Assembly: GCF_009914755.1 (NCBI RefSeq)
Contig: NC_060943.1
From: the human T2T-CHM13v2.0 reference genome, Homo sapiens
DNA length: 64,000 nucleotides
Direction: 5' to 3' (one strand)
The notes beneath the pieces were generated by a model. The model was given only the letters and a program-made list of their open reading frames with translations. It was not told the DNA's origin and ran no database searches. The position numbers and the translations under genes were made by a program. Below are positions 18,806 through 34,406 of the stretch, one piece after another; the first letter of the stretch is position 1; every line of letters begins with the position of its first letter.

Positions 18806-19787
18806 TGAACTCCTGACCTCAAGTGATCCGCCTGCCTCAGCCTCCCAAAGTGCCCGGATTACAGGTGTGAGCCACCATGCCCGGCCATTGGCCGGCTTTT
18901 ATTATTTCATCTAGTTCCCTGGTTGTCGACAAGGTGATGCTTCCCAGATTTTCATCTCAGCCCCGACCCCTCTCTCAGACTCCAGCCGGTACATCCAGTT
19001 GCCCCTGGCATCACCCCTGCGGATACCTCGTACTTCACATATATGCATGGAGTACTTGATTTCCCAAGAACCCCCTCAAAGAGCTGCCCCATTCTGTCTG
19101 ACCTCATCTCCCCTTCATTCTCTTCACCCCACACTGGCCTCCGTGCTCTTCCCCAACCCACCAAACCCCGTCGCACCTCAAGGCCTTTTGCACTGACTGT
19201 TTCCTCTCCCAGAATGCTCCTCTCCTAGGCCTTTGTGCAGCTAATTCCTTCCCCTTCTTCAGGTTTCTGCTCAAATATCACCTCCTCCGAGAAGCCCTCC
19301 CTGACCACCCCAACTAGGCAAGGCTTCCACCTGCTCTTCTCTGCCCTGACAGCGCATTCTTCACCTTCAAGGCACTTAGTGCTGTTTGTCAATTAACTAG
19401 TTACTTGTTGAATTGTAACTAGTTAATTGACATCCCTTCCCCCACAAGGCTGCAAGCCCCGTGGGGACAGGAATGGTGTCTGTTCTTTCACCACATTACA
19501 CCCCAGTGCACAGGGCTTGGCCATTGAAGGCATCTCATAAACATCTGTTGAAAGAACAGGTGGTAGAAAGCAATGAGAGGCTCCGGACCTTGTTTGCTTT
19601 ATAAAAATTATATTTTTTATCAGCCTGGGTAACATGGGGAGACCCCCATCTCTACAAAACATTTAAAAATTAACTGGGCATGGTGGTGTGTGCCTGTGGT
19701 CCCAGCTACTTGGGAGGCTGAGGTGGGAGAATCACTTGAGCCCAGGAGGTTGAGGTTACAGTGAGCTATGGTGGCGCCACTGCACTA

Positions 19788-19973
<186 letters not shown>

Positions 19974-19992
19974 TTATTTGGGCGTGGTGTCA

Positions 19993-20519
<527 letters not shown>

Positions 20520-20606
20520 TCATTGTCCCCACCTTGCCTGTCTCGGACGCCACCAGATCTCGCCCGCAGAGTCACTTTCTGGAAGAGATCTGACAAATCT
20601 TCATTT

Positions 20607-20637
<31 letters not shown>

Positions 20638-22855
20638 GTATATTTTCTTCTTCTTTTTCTTCTTCGGCATCCATTTTGAAGCACAAGGCCCACTGTTCCA
20701 TATCTTGCTCTTCTACTTAATAACTGCCTCGTAGATACTTTCTTATTAGCAACATAGAGAGAATTGGCATACTGTTTTTGTTTTGTTTCTTATTGAGGTA
20801 TAATTTACATACAATAAACTACGCCCATTTTAAATCTACAGTTTGCTGAATTTTGACAAATGTATACACCCATATAATGACAACTGCAATTAAAATGGAA
20901 CTTTCTCATCAGCCCACAGCATTTACTCTTGTGCCTTTTTGTAGTTAAGCCCCACCAGCCTCGTGAAATTACAGACCTGCTGTATCTGATTCTAGATTAG
21001 TTTTGCTTTTTCCAGAACTTTAGATAACTGGAATCACATAGTCGGTACTCTTTTATGTCTGGCTTCTTTCTTTCCTTTTTCTTTATTGTTCTTTTGTTTA
21101 TTTATTTACTTTGAGTCGGAGTTTCACTCTGTCGCCAAGGCGACACTGAGCAGTGGTGCAATTTTGGCTCACTGCAACCTCTGCCTCCCGAGTTCAAGCG
21201 ACTCTCGTGCCTCCCGAGTGGCTGGGATTACAGGCGTGCATCAACGCTTGGCTAATTTTTGTATTATTAGTAGAGACAGGGCTTCATCATGTTGGCCAGA
21301 CTGGTCTTGAACTCCTGAGCTCAGGTGATTCGCCCGTCTCGGTGTCCCAAAGCGTTGGGATTACAGGCGTGATCCGCCGCGCCCGGCTTTCTTTTTTCTT
21401 TATGCTCTAAAATCTATCACTGGCCAGGCCTAGTGGCTCACACCTATAATCCCAGCACTTTGGTAAGTCGAGGCAGGACTATCTCTTGAGCCCGGGAATG
21501 TGAGACCAGCCTGGGCAACACAGTGAGACTCCCATCACTACAAAAAATACAAAATTTGTAAAATAAATAAATTTTAAAAATGTATCACTGTATTGCCTGG
21601 CTTCTTTCATTCATCACAATGTGTTTGAGAGTCATCTGTGTTTTGTATGTACCCATAGATCATTCCTGGGCTGGGCGTGGTGGCTCACACCTGTAATCTA
21701 ACACTTTGGGAGGCCGAGGCGGGAGGATTGCTTGAGCTCAGGAGTTCGAGACCAGCCTGGGCAACATGAGGAGACTCCCTGTCTCTACAAAAAAATACAA
21801 AAATTAGTTGGGCTTGGTGGTGTGTGTTTGTGGTCCCAGCTACTTGGGAGGCTGAAGCAGGAGGATCGTTTGAGCCCAGGAGATGGAGGTTGCATTAAGC
21901 CGAGATCGTGCCCCTGGACTTCAGCCTGGGAGACAGAGCCAGACCCTGTCTCAAAAAAAAAAAAAAAAAAAAAAAAAAAGGTGATTCCTCTCCTTGCTGA
22001 AGTGTGCTCCATTGTGGCCATTCCAGTTAGTTTATGCACCCACTCGTTGCTGGGCACTCGGGTTCCCCTCAGTTTGCAGCTGTTATGAAAAAGTACCGTG
22101 ACCAGGTCTCTGTGTGGACAATGTTTTCATTTCCCTTGGCTAACTACTTCAGAGCAGGGTCACTGTGTCGTAGGTTGTGCATATTTTTTGTTTTATAAGA
22201 AATTGTCGGCCAGGTGCAGGAGCTCATGCCTGTAATCCCAACACTTTGGGAGGCCGGGGCGGGTGGATCACAAGATCAGGAGTTCAAGACCAGCCTGGCC
22301 AATATGGTGAAACCTCATCTCTACTAAAAATACAAAAAAATTAGCTGGGTGTGGTGGTGCATGCCTGTAATCTCAGCTACTCAGGAGGCTGAGGCAGGAG
22401 AATCGCTTGAACCTGGGAGTCGGGAAGTTACAGTGAGCCAAGATCACGCCACTGCACTCTAGCCTGGGCGACAGAGCAAGACTCTGTCTAAAAAAAAGAA
22501 AAAAAAGAAAAGAAATTGTGCAATCCTTTTCCAACGTGGTCATACCACTGCTCGTGCTTTCTGTACTTCGTGATATATGAGACGTGGCTTTGGGGAAGAG
22601 GGACTGTGTTGGTCACCCAGGCTTTGACGTATTTGGGAAATAGCCTGTCGGGGCTGAACCCCCATATTAGGGACTTTACCATCCCCCTGCTGGAGAGAGG
22701 GGGACGTTTGGGACTTATTGTTAGAATGCACTTGGAGGCCGGGTGCAGTGTGGTTCACCCCTGTCATCCCAGCACTTTGGGAGGCCGAGGCTGCAGTGAG
22801 CTGTGATCAGCATCACTGCACTCCAGCCTGGGCAACAGGGAAAGATCCTAACTCA

Positions 22856-22856
<1 letters not shown>

Positions 22857-22894
<38 letters not shown>
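22857..22894. repeat. (AAT)n microsatellite at an Alu tail
   Basis: Direct reading. Confidence 0.95.
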
Positions 22895-22895
<1 letters not shown>

Positions 22896-23604
22896 CACTT
22901 GGCTTTGCAGGGCCCAGCTGTGGCCCTGGATCCCTTGGATTGAAGTAAAAGGGTTTCTCATAGATTCTGGGGCCCATCACAATTACTGAAGCCGGCTCCT
23001 TGGAAATAAATGCACATTTCTCAGAGGCTCCCTGGGTGAATCTGACAGAACCTGCCCTAAAGTTTGGGAACCGCTGAGTTTGGGAACCACAAAAGCCCTG
23101 AGATGCAAGAGAACAGGTCCTGGAGGCAGAGACCAGAAACCCAGGACCTTGGATGCTGGCCAAAGAGATGGGATTTTTCTCCTGAGGGCACTGGGGAGTC
23201 ATGGAGGGCTTAACTGGGGGAGTGACACAGTTCAGGCTTTAGTCCAACCCCTGTGGCTGTCATGTGTATGGGTGTGTGTGGAACAGATGTGAGCGAGGCA
23301 CCCAGAAAGGAGATCATGTGAAAACCACAGCCAGGGTAGGGGTAGGCAGGAGGGGATGTCAATCTCTACAGACTCTAGTTTTCTTTATTTTCCTTTATTA
23401 TTTTTTTTTCAATTCTTTTTATTTTTTATTTTTTGAGACAGAATCTCTCTCTGTTGCCCAGGCTGGAGTGCAGTGGTGCCATCTTGACTCACTGCAACCT
23501 CCACCTCCCCAGTTCAAGTGATTATCCTCAGTAGCTGGGATTACAGGCATGTACCACCATGCCTGGTTAATTTTTGGTATTTTTAGTAGAGATTGTATTT
23601 TTAG

Positions 23605-24023
<419 letters not shown>

Positions 24024-24469
24024 TAGTCTCCTCCGGCTCCCAGCCACTCCCTGCCCTGGATTCTGACCTGGGCACAGCTCTGACTACACTCACCAGACAC
24101 CCCTCCTTCTCCTTCTCCTCCTCCCCCATGGCGATGACAGGTCTCAGGCAGGGAGGGTGGGCAGCCAGGACAAGGGCGTGGGTTTGTGTGCGTGTGGTGG
24201 TGGTGGGAGTGTCTGGTCGTGCGTGTGTTGTGAGCTCTGCCAGTGTTTGCCTGGGAATCTGCTGGGGACTTCCAGGTGCAGTATTTGTTGATCTGCTCCC
24301 TCCCCTGGTTTTTCCCCACCCGCTGGGCACTGGTTAATTCCCAACTTTCCAGGGCAGTCACTTCACCTCTCTTGCCTCAGTTCCCTGATCTGTCAATAGA
24401 GATACAATTACCAGTTCCCAACTCTGCAGGGTTGTGAGGTTCAAAGAGTCCAAGACTCAATAAATGTAA

Positions 24470-24910
<441 letters not shown>

Positions 24911-26544
24911 TGATGCGATCTCAGGTCACTGCAACTTTGACCTCCTGGGCTCAAGCGATCCTCCCACCTCAGCCTCTTGAGTAGCTGGGACCACAGGTGT
25001 GTTCCACCAAACTGAGATAATTTATTAATTTTTTTGTAGAGATGGGGTCTTGCCATGTTGCCCAGGCTGGTCTCAAACTCGTGGGTTCAAGTGATCTTCC
25101 TGCCTCAGCCTCCCAAAGTGTTAGATTACCGGTGTGAGCCACCACACTCAGCCCTTGGGGGCAATTTGAATCTGTGTCCCTGTGTATGTTCTCTAAGATT
25201 CTGTATGCGAGTGTGTCTAACTCGTTGTGTACCAGCTGTGCAACCTTGGGTGAGTTACTAGACCTCTCTGTGCCTAGTTTCTTCATCTGCTAAATGCACA
25301 TGACTTCCTAGTCATGCTACTTCCTAGGGTGGATGTGGAGACTGAATTAATTGCCTAATTAATTACCTAAGTCCATTGCAACTAATGGACTTAGTGCAAT
25401 GCCTGGCATGAGGGCAGCCTCAATTACATGATCATTATCACTGGGGCGTGACTTCTGTCCCCCACCCGCTGAGTGTCTGTGAGTGTCTGAGCGTTGGGGC
25501 AGGAAGTGCCTGTGAAAGCATGTGGAGTTATCTGGGACTATATGGGACCCAGCCTGGGAAGGCAGCTTCTGTTTCCATGGCACCCCTCACAGGGTTGTTG
25601 TATTGGAAAGACCCGTCCCAGAGGGCATCCGCCAGCACACAGCTGCACACACATGTTTGCTGTTACTTTTCCTTTACCTATAAAATGCCAGTCATAGTAG
25701 CACCCACCTTGTCTTTGTAGGAGAATGAAATGAACTTAGAGGCGCTCAGTAGAAAGCACTCACGCCTGTAATCCCAGCACTTTGGGAGGCCAAGGCAGGT
25801 GGATCACTTGAGGTCAGGAGTTTGAGACCAGTCTGATCAAGAGGGTGAAACCTCGTCTCTTCTAAAACTACAAAATTAGCTGGGTGTGGTGGCACATGCC
25901 TGTAATCCCAGCTACTCGGGAGGCTGAGGCAGGAGAATCACTTCAACCCGGGAGGCGGAGGTTGCAGTGAGCTGAGATCGTGCTTCTGCACTTCAGCCTG
26001 GGTGACAGAGTGAGACTCCATCAGAGAGAGAGAGAGAGAGAGAAGCAAGCGCTCAGTGCTGAGCTTACCTGGGCCAGGTAGAGGGATGTGGCCACGGGCA
26101 GGAAGTGGCTGTGGGAATCTGGCGCTACAGGTTCCTCTGCCACCCCACTTCCTCCACACCTGACCTCCTGTCCCCACCTGTGCCCCGTCCCTTGCTCCCA
26201 CCTCCTCGTGACCTCTGATGGGGGAGGCTTCTGCAGCCCCCCACCCCAGTCCCAGGCAGGGGTGCAGGCCCCCAGAACACCCAGTTGGGATCACTGCTTC
26301 CCTCTCACTGCCATCTTTGTGCCTCCCTGGGGTCCCCCATCTCTGAGGCTCCTCATCTCTGGTTTTGGGTGTCTCTCTGCTCTCCTCACCTTGGTTTTCT
26401 GGACAGTATGTGTCAGGGCCCCAAGGGGGTGTCCCAGGTGAGGACAGAGAAGGAAGTGGCAGAGGCAGGACCTTCCCTTTGCACCTCAGCTCATCCATCC
26501 ACTCCCCCTCTGCAGAGTGGGGAGGGGGAGGAGGGGGGTCTTCG

Positions 26545-26637
26545 TTAATTAGCCTCTTAATCCTGCCATGCTGGATCTTAATGAGGTGCACGGGTCCCAT
26601 TAGACAGCCCGGAGCCCTGGCATTAGCACATTAGTCA
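26545..26637. promoter_or_regulatory. Candidate NCCRP1 upstream enhancer (TAAT/ATTA cluster plus AP-1-like site)
   Basis: TTAATTAG, TAATCC, TAATGA, 3x CATTAG and TTAGTCA within 93 bp of GC-rich, non-repeat sequence. Confidence 0.45.
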
Positions 26638-26714
26638 CACGCTCTGTCAGGCTCACGCTGGGTCCTCAGCTGGCCCTGGGAAAATTGGGGCAGGAAGTCT
26701 GGGGACCTAAGGAG

Positions 26715-27007
26715 GGGGCTGGTGCCTGGACTTCTGGGTCTGAAGAAGGAGGGGCTGGTGCCTGGACTCCTGGATCTGAGGGAGGACGGACTGGGGGCCT
26801 GGATTCCTGGGTCTGCGGGAAGAGGGGCTGGTGCCTGGACTCCTGGGTCTGAGGGAGGAGGGGCTGGGGTCTTGAATTCCTGGGTCTGAGGGAGGAGGGG
26901 CTAGGGGCCTGGACTCCTGGGTCTGAGGGAGGAGGGGCTGGGGTCTTGAATTCCTGGGTCTGAGGGAGGAGGGGCTAGGGGCCTGGACTCCTGGGTCTGA
27001 GGGAGGA
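26715..27007. repeat. MSR1-type chr19 minisatellite, 8 units of 36-37 bp
   Basis: Unit ggggctgg(g/t)gcctggactcctgggtctgagggagga; units counted directly. Confidence 0.9.
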
Positions 27008-27092
27008 GGGTCCGAGGGACAAGATCCTCCCCCGACACGCCCCTCTCTTAAATGTCAGCCAGGGTGCCCTGCCCCTTCCCGCTCCCAGTTAA

Positions 27093-28092
<1,000 letters not shown>

Positions 28093-28204
28093 TGACCTGG
28101 CACAGATTCCTGCCCTTCCAGTGTATAGCCCTGCGGGTAGGGAGGGGTGAGGCGGTGGAAGATGGAGGGGCTGCCCAGAGGCTCCACTCACCTGTCCATT
28201 TCAG

Positions 28205-28267
28205 GCATCAACATTTATGAGCCAGCACCCCCTACTGGTCCCACCCAGCGACCCCTGGAAACTCTGG
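28205..28267 (+). CDS. NCCRP1: NCCRP1 exon 2
   Basis: ttttcag|GCATC and CTGG|gtaagt; 63 nt; GINIYEPAPPTGPTQRPLETL. Confidence 0.93.
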
Positions 28268-28353
28268 GTAAGTGCTTGGAGGGCCAGGTTGCTGAGGGTG
28301 GGGAGGGTCCTCCAGCGTTGGGGTGTCCTAACCCTTTGCTCCCCAACCTGCAG

Positions 28354-28405
28354 GCAATTTCCGTGGCTGGTACATTAGAACTGAAAAGCTCCAGCAGAAC
28401 CAAAG
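28354..28405 (+). CDS. NCCRP1: NCCRP1 exon 3
   Basis: ctgcag|GCAAT and CAAAG|gtgagt; 52 nt; GNFRGWYIRTEKLQQNQ. Confidence 0.93.
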
Positions 28406-28636
28406 GTGAGTCGCCAGGGCCAGTGTGGCTTACACTCCATTCCCTGCTCCACCCTTCCTCACTGTGAGACCTGGAGAAACTGACTTGGCCTCTCTGGACC
28501 TCCATTTCCTGCTCTGTAAACAGGGTTAGCATAAGAGAGAATGCTTGTAAAACACACAGCATAGGGCCCGGCCAGGTCTGGCTAGCACCAGTCAATAGCA
28601 GCTATTATTGGTTTTTGGTTTTTGTTTTTAAGATGA

Positions 28637-28735
<99 letters not shown>

Positions 28736-28746
28736 TGAGTAGCTAG

Positions 28747-28926
<180 letters not shown>

Positions 28927-29321
28927 TAATTATTCTAAGGCTCTTTCCCTGGGAGGGGAAGAGTCACCCCAGGCCCCTGTCCTCCATGAAACAGAGCCTT
29001 GCTCCTGCACAGTAGATGAGCTGGTGTGACTTGGAGGCTCAGGGTCACACAGGCCAGGGTTGGGATCCTGGCTCTGCCACATGTTTGCTGCTTGACCTTG
29101 GACACGTCTCCATCCTCAGCCTCAGGTTCCTTGTCTGTAGCATGGGGTTCAGGATGCATTGCCCTCAGAGGGGCCCGTGGGAACTGAGAGTGGAAGGTGC
29201 TGAGGGAGCACCCCACGTGTGGGGACCCAAGCTATCCCTAAGAAAGCACTAAGACAGGGCTTCCTGCTCCCTGGATCCTGGCAGATCGCAGACCCCGCCT
29301 CTCCCGGCCCTTCTTTCACAG

Positions 29322-29417
29322 CTGGACAGTGAAGCAGCAGTGTGTGGACCTTCTGGCCGAGGGCCTGTGGGAGGAGCTGCTGGATGACGAACAACCAGCC
29401 ATTACGGTCATGGACTG
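29322..29417 (+). CDS. NCCRP1: NCCRP1 exon 4
   Basis: ttcacag|CTGG and GACTG|gtgcgt; 96 nt; [21 protein letters not shown], a typical FBA motif. Confidence 0.95.
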
Positions 29418-29575
29418 GTGCGTGCCCCTCCCCTGCCAGCCTGACCCCGTGATCGCGCAGGGCTGCCCAGAGCATGAGCCTTACTCTGAGCTCCCCTTGC
29501 TTTCAGCCCTTCACCAAGACCCTCCTGGTGCTACAGGGTCCTGCCCTGCCCACCTCCCTGGCCCCTTCTGTTTGA

Positions 29576-30260
<685 letters not shown>

Positions 30261-30497
30261 CCTGGCCGTTCCTGGCTGTCATGTTTGGTGGCATGCCTGC
30301 CTCCCTCACTGGACTGTGAATCCCATGTGGCAGGGTGTGGGGCTGTCTTGGTCACTGCTATGTTGCCAGCACCACCCAGCTCAGGGCTGTGTACAGCATG
30401 GGTAGCAGCATGTGTGTTGAATGGGGAATGGGGCCAGGGGCTGGGGCTGGGTAGCTGAGACTGCAGTGACAGCTGAAGGCCTTGACTCCGCCTGCAG

Positions 30498-30636
30498 GTT
30501 CGAGGACAGCCGGCTGGATGCGTGCGTCTATGAGCTGCATGTCTGGCTGCTGGCGGCCGACCGCCGCACGGTCATTGCTCAGCACCACGTGGCCCCCCGA
30601 ACTTCTGGGAGAGGACCCCCTGGCCGCTGGGTCCAG
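30498..30636 (+). CDS. NCCRP1: NCCRP1 exon 5
   Basis: ctgcag|GTTC and GTCCAG|gtgaga; 139 nt; FEDSRLDACVYELHVWLL...GRWVQ. Confidence 0.95.
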
Positions 30637-30767
30637 GTGAGACTCTCCGCGCCGGGGCCCTCAACCCCAGACGTGTGTTCTTGTCCCAAGACCTCACAGA
30701 GGGAGGAGAACAGGTCCGCGGGTCCTCAAAAAGGGCTCCTCCCTAACCCCAGGTGCTGTCACCACAG

Positions 30768-30908
30768 GTGTCCCACGTATTCCGCCATTATGGTCCCGGT
30801 GTGCGCTTTATCCACTTCCTGCACAAGGCCAAGAACCGCATGGAGCCTGGTGGGCTGCGGCGGACACGGGTGACCGACTCCTCCGTGTCTGTGCAGCTCC
30901 GGGAGTGA
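30768..30908 (+). CDS. NCCRP1: NCCRP1 exon 6 coding part
   Basis: accacag|GTGTCC; VSHVFRHYGPGVRFIHFLH...RVTDSSVSVQLRE stop; six exons sum to 828 nt (275 aa + stop). Confidence 0.95.
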   Translation: MSHVFRHYGPGVRFIHFLHKAKNRMEPGGLRRTRVTDSSVSVQLRE

Positions 30909-31424
30909 CTGGCTGGCTCCTCTGTCCTGACCCCACAGCACCTCCCTGACCTTTAGGAGCCCCAACTCTTAGTCACCTCCTAGGCCTCTTATTTCTCCCT
31001 GGCCCTTGGCTTCTCACTTGATGGACAGCTTCACACACCCTTAAGCGGTGGACTCCAGCATTTTCCCAGCACTGTCTGAGCCCCATGAGGGCGGAGCCAC
31101 TCCTTGTAAATTCAGTGCCCGACAGATGCTCTGGCACAGATGCTTTGTAGATCTCTGTTGAGAGAATGCATAGACACCTGTGCCCAAGGATGCTGAGGGC
31201 TGGTCTCTGCTTCTTTGAACTTCACTGAAACTGAATGCTCACTGCTGTGTTGCCAGCACCACCCAGCCCAGGGCTGTGAACGGAGTGGGTGGCAGCAAAT
31301 GTGTGTTGAAAGGGGAATGAAGCCATTCACTTCACTCAGTTCCTGTCCCATTTAACCGCCCCGATCCTTGATCTTCCATTACCTTCACATCCCGGGGTCC
31401 TTCTGAACTGACCTTGACCTCTGA

Positions 31425-31775
<351 letters not shown>

Positions 31776-32011
31776 TAAGTCTCAGAATCTCCCCTAGCTC
31801 CCTCCAGGTGTCTGCAGTGGTTGTCCCCTCAAAGCTGTCCCACACCCTCCTCCGAGGACCCTTTGTGTATCTCCTCCAGCTACCGCAGAGCCCACAAACC
31901 CAGGCATCTATCAAAGTCCCTCATTCATGAGGGTGGTGAGGACACAGACTGCGACCAGAACAGAAATATGAAAATGTGAATGACAGCGTCCCCCGTGTGT
32001 GGAATGTGGGG

Positions 32012-32017
32012 ATTAAA
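32012..32017 (+). terminator. NCCRP1: NCCRP1 polyadenylation signal (ATTAAA)
   Basis: First A(A/T)TAAA hexamer I find after the stop codon. Confidence 0.7.
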
Positions 32018-32188
32018 AGCATTTATCAACCTCTAAGTCCTGATCTGATCACTTGCAGATCCTAGCCCTAGTGCAGGGCTGGGTACTAGAAGGCCCCCTG
32101 CTGTCCCCTGCAGGAACCATGGAGGGAGTCCGGAGGCCCCTGGAGGCCAGAAACGGCTCAAGGAAGAGTGTTTGTTTGTTTGTTTTGA

Positions 32189-32353
<165 letters not shown>

Positions 32354-32513
32354 TGATCTCGGCTCACTGCCAGCTCCGCCTCCAGGTTCAAGCCATTCTC
32401 CCGCCTCAGCCTCCCGAGTAGCTGGGACTACAGGCGCCCACCACCACGCCTGGCTAATTTTTTTGTATTTTTAGTAGATACGGGGTTTCACTGTGTTACC
32501 CAGGATGGTCTCA

Positions 32514-32902
<389 letters not shown>

Positions 32903-32999
32903 TGACCCAGGCCCAACCACCCTGCTGTCTCCTCCATCCCACCCGGTCCTTGCATCCCAGGGACAAGCAGATGACAGACGGGGACAACTGCACAAAGGC

Positions 33000-33005
33000 T
33001 GTATT
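33000..33005 (-). terminator. SYCN: SYCN variant polyadenylation signal (AATACA)
   Basis: tgtatt on + strand, about 135 nt after the stop; followed on - strand by a TTTGTG...TTGTCC GT-rich tract; no AATAAA nearby. Confidence 0.6.
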
Positions 33006-33138
33006 GCAGGGGAGGTGGGAGGGGGCAGGCAGAACGCTCCTCCTCCTGGGTCTTGGGGCCCCGGAGCAGAGCCCAGGGATGGGCTGAGTGAGGGGCTTGG
33101 CACTCTGTGGAAGCTGCAGATGAGAGACCAGCAATGCA

Positions 33139-33148
33139 TCAGCTGCAC
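33139..33148 (-). CDS. SYCN: SYCN exon 2 coding part (completes R132, then C133, S134, stop)
   Basis: tttcag|G TGC AGC TGA on the - strand; total CDS 405 nt. Confidence 0.88.
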
Positions 33149-34011
33149 CTGAAATGTAATCAAGAATTCCTTCCAGGGGCTCTCAGAGACCCAGAGTCTG
33201 GTGAGTTCTAGAAGCCTGAGACTGGGTGGGGGCTGGGGAGTCTGGGTCTGAGGCTCCAAGTTCAGGAACCAGGGATCCTAGCCTGGGAGTTTGGAGCTGG
33301 GGGCTCCTTGGAGCTCTTGGGGGACAGGAGTGGCTGGGGAGGGTTTGGGAGGGTGTCACCGCTGGATCTAGGTCCCAGGTCTGTGAGTGCAAGGTGGCCT
33401 CAGGGACCTCCAGGGTTGGGTCTTGGGGGTGGGCTGTGGGACTGATTTTAGGGCTGAGGCTGGTCTGGAGGGTCTAGGGGAGTGGAGAGCATGAAGGCTA
33501 CACTGGGTGTTCCTATAATCGAGTCTGGAGTCTTGAGGTCTGGGTTAGTTTTGGAGTCTGGGAGCTTTGAGATGTGATGATCTGGGGAGTGGGGGCTGGC
33601 TTTGGTTCTGGGGACTCCAGGGTGAGGGGGTCTAGGAGCTCTCAGTCCCCAGAATTAGCCAGCCCTCTCTGGGAAGTACAGCTGTGGGCGGGTGGGTAGG
33701 CGGAAGATTCCAGAAGGTGGAGGGTTGGCTCTGAATCTCAGAGCTGGGGCGGAAATCTCCGTCCCAGGGGCCTGGGCTGCAGGTGGAGTGGGGACCGGGT
33801 GCTGGGGGTGAGGAGAAGGAGGACCTGGTTTGGGTGAGGACTCTGAGATGGGGGCCTCCAGGACTGGTTCTAGGGAGGCCTGGTGCTCCCTGTTACAGTC
33901 GGGAGCTCAGGGGTGTGGAGCAGCCTCGGGGCTTGGGTGGTGGGTGTGGGGGCTTATGCGGAGCTGGGGCCTGGGCCTGGGGTGGGCTCGGAGCTTTGGG
34001 CGGCCGGGCAC

Positions 34012-34406
34012 CTGCAGTAGAGCGCGGAGATAGCGTTGGACCAGTCTCCTAAGATGCCCCGGCGGTACTCCTCCAGGCGCGGGTAGGTGCCGGCAGAGAA
34101 CTTGTGCGTCTTGCCCGCCTTGCCTTGCCGGGACCACACGGTGAGCTCGCAGCGCGGGGCCACCACAAGTGAGGAGGCGGTGTTGGCCCAGTTGGAGGGC
34201 AGGTAGGGCAGGTCTGCGCCCGACTCCAGCGACAGCTCGGCGCCCCCGCAGCAGTTCTCATAGTAGGGGTCGCTCTTGTCATAGAGCTTGGCGCAAGTGC
34301 GCGTCCCGTCCGAGTGCTTGAGGTCGGCGGAGGCGGGGCAGGCGCCCTGGGCGCAAGGCACGGAGGCAAGGGCCAGGGCCAGCAGCAGCGGGCGCAGCGG
34401 GGACAT
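34012..34406 (-). CDS. SYCN: Syncollin exon 1 (signal peptide and almost the whole mature zymogen-granule protein)
   Basis: gccaccATG Kozak; [21 protein letters not shown]|ACPAS...; donor TGCAG|gtgccc; recognised as syncollin. Confidence 0.96.

Noticed and set aside
26715-27007. 36-37 bp repeat array as a CRISPR-like array
   Set aside because: Units are contiguous with no unique spacers, there are no cas genes, and the DNA is primate; it is a minisatellite
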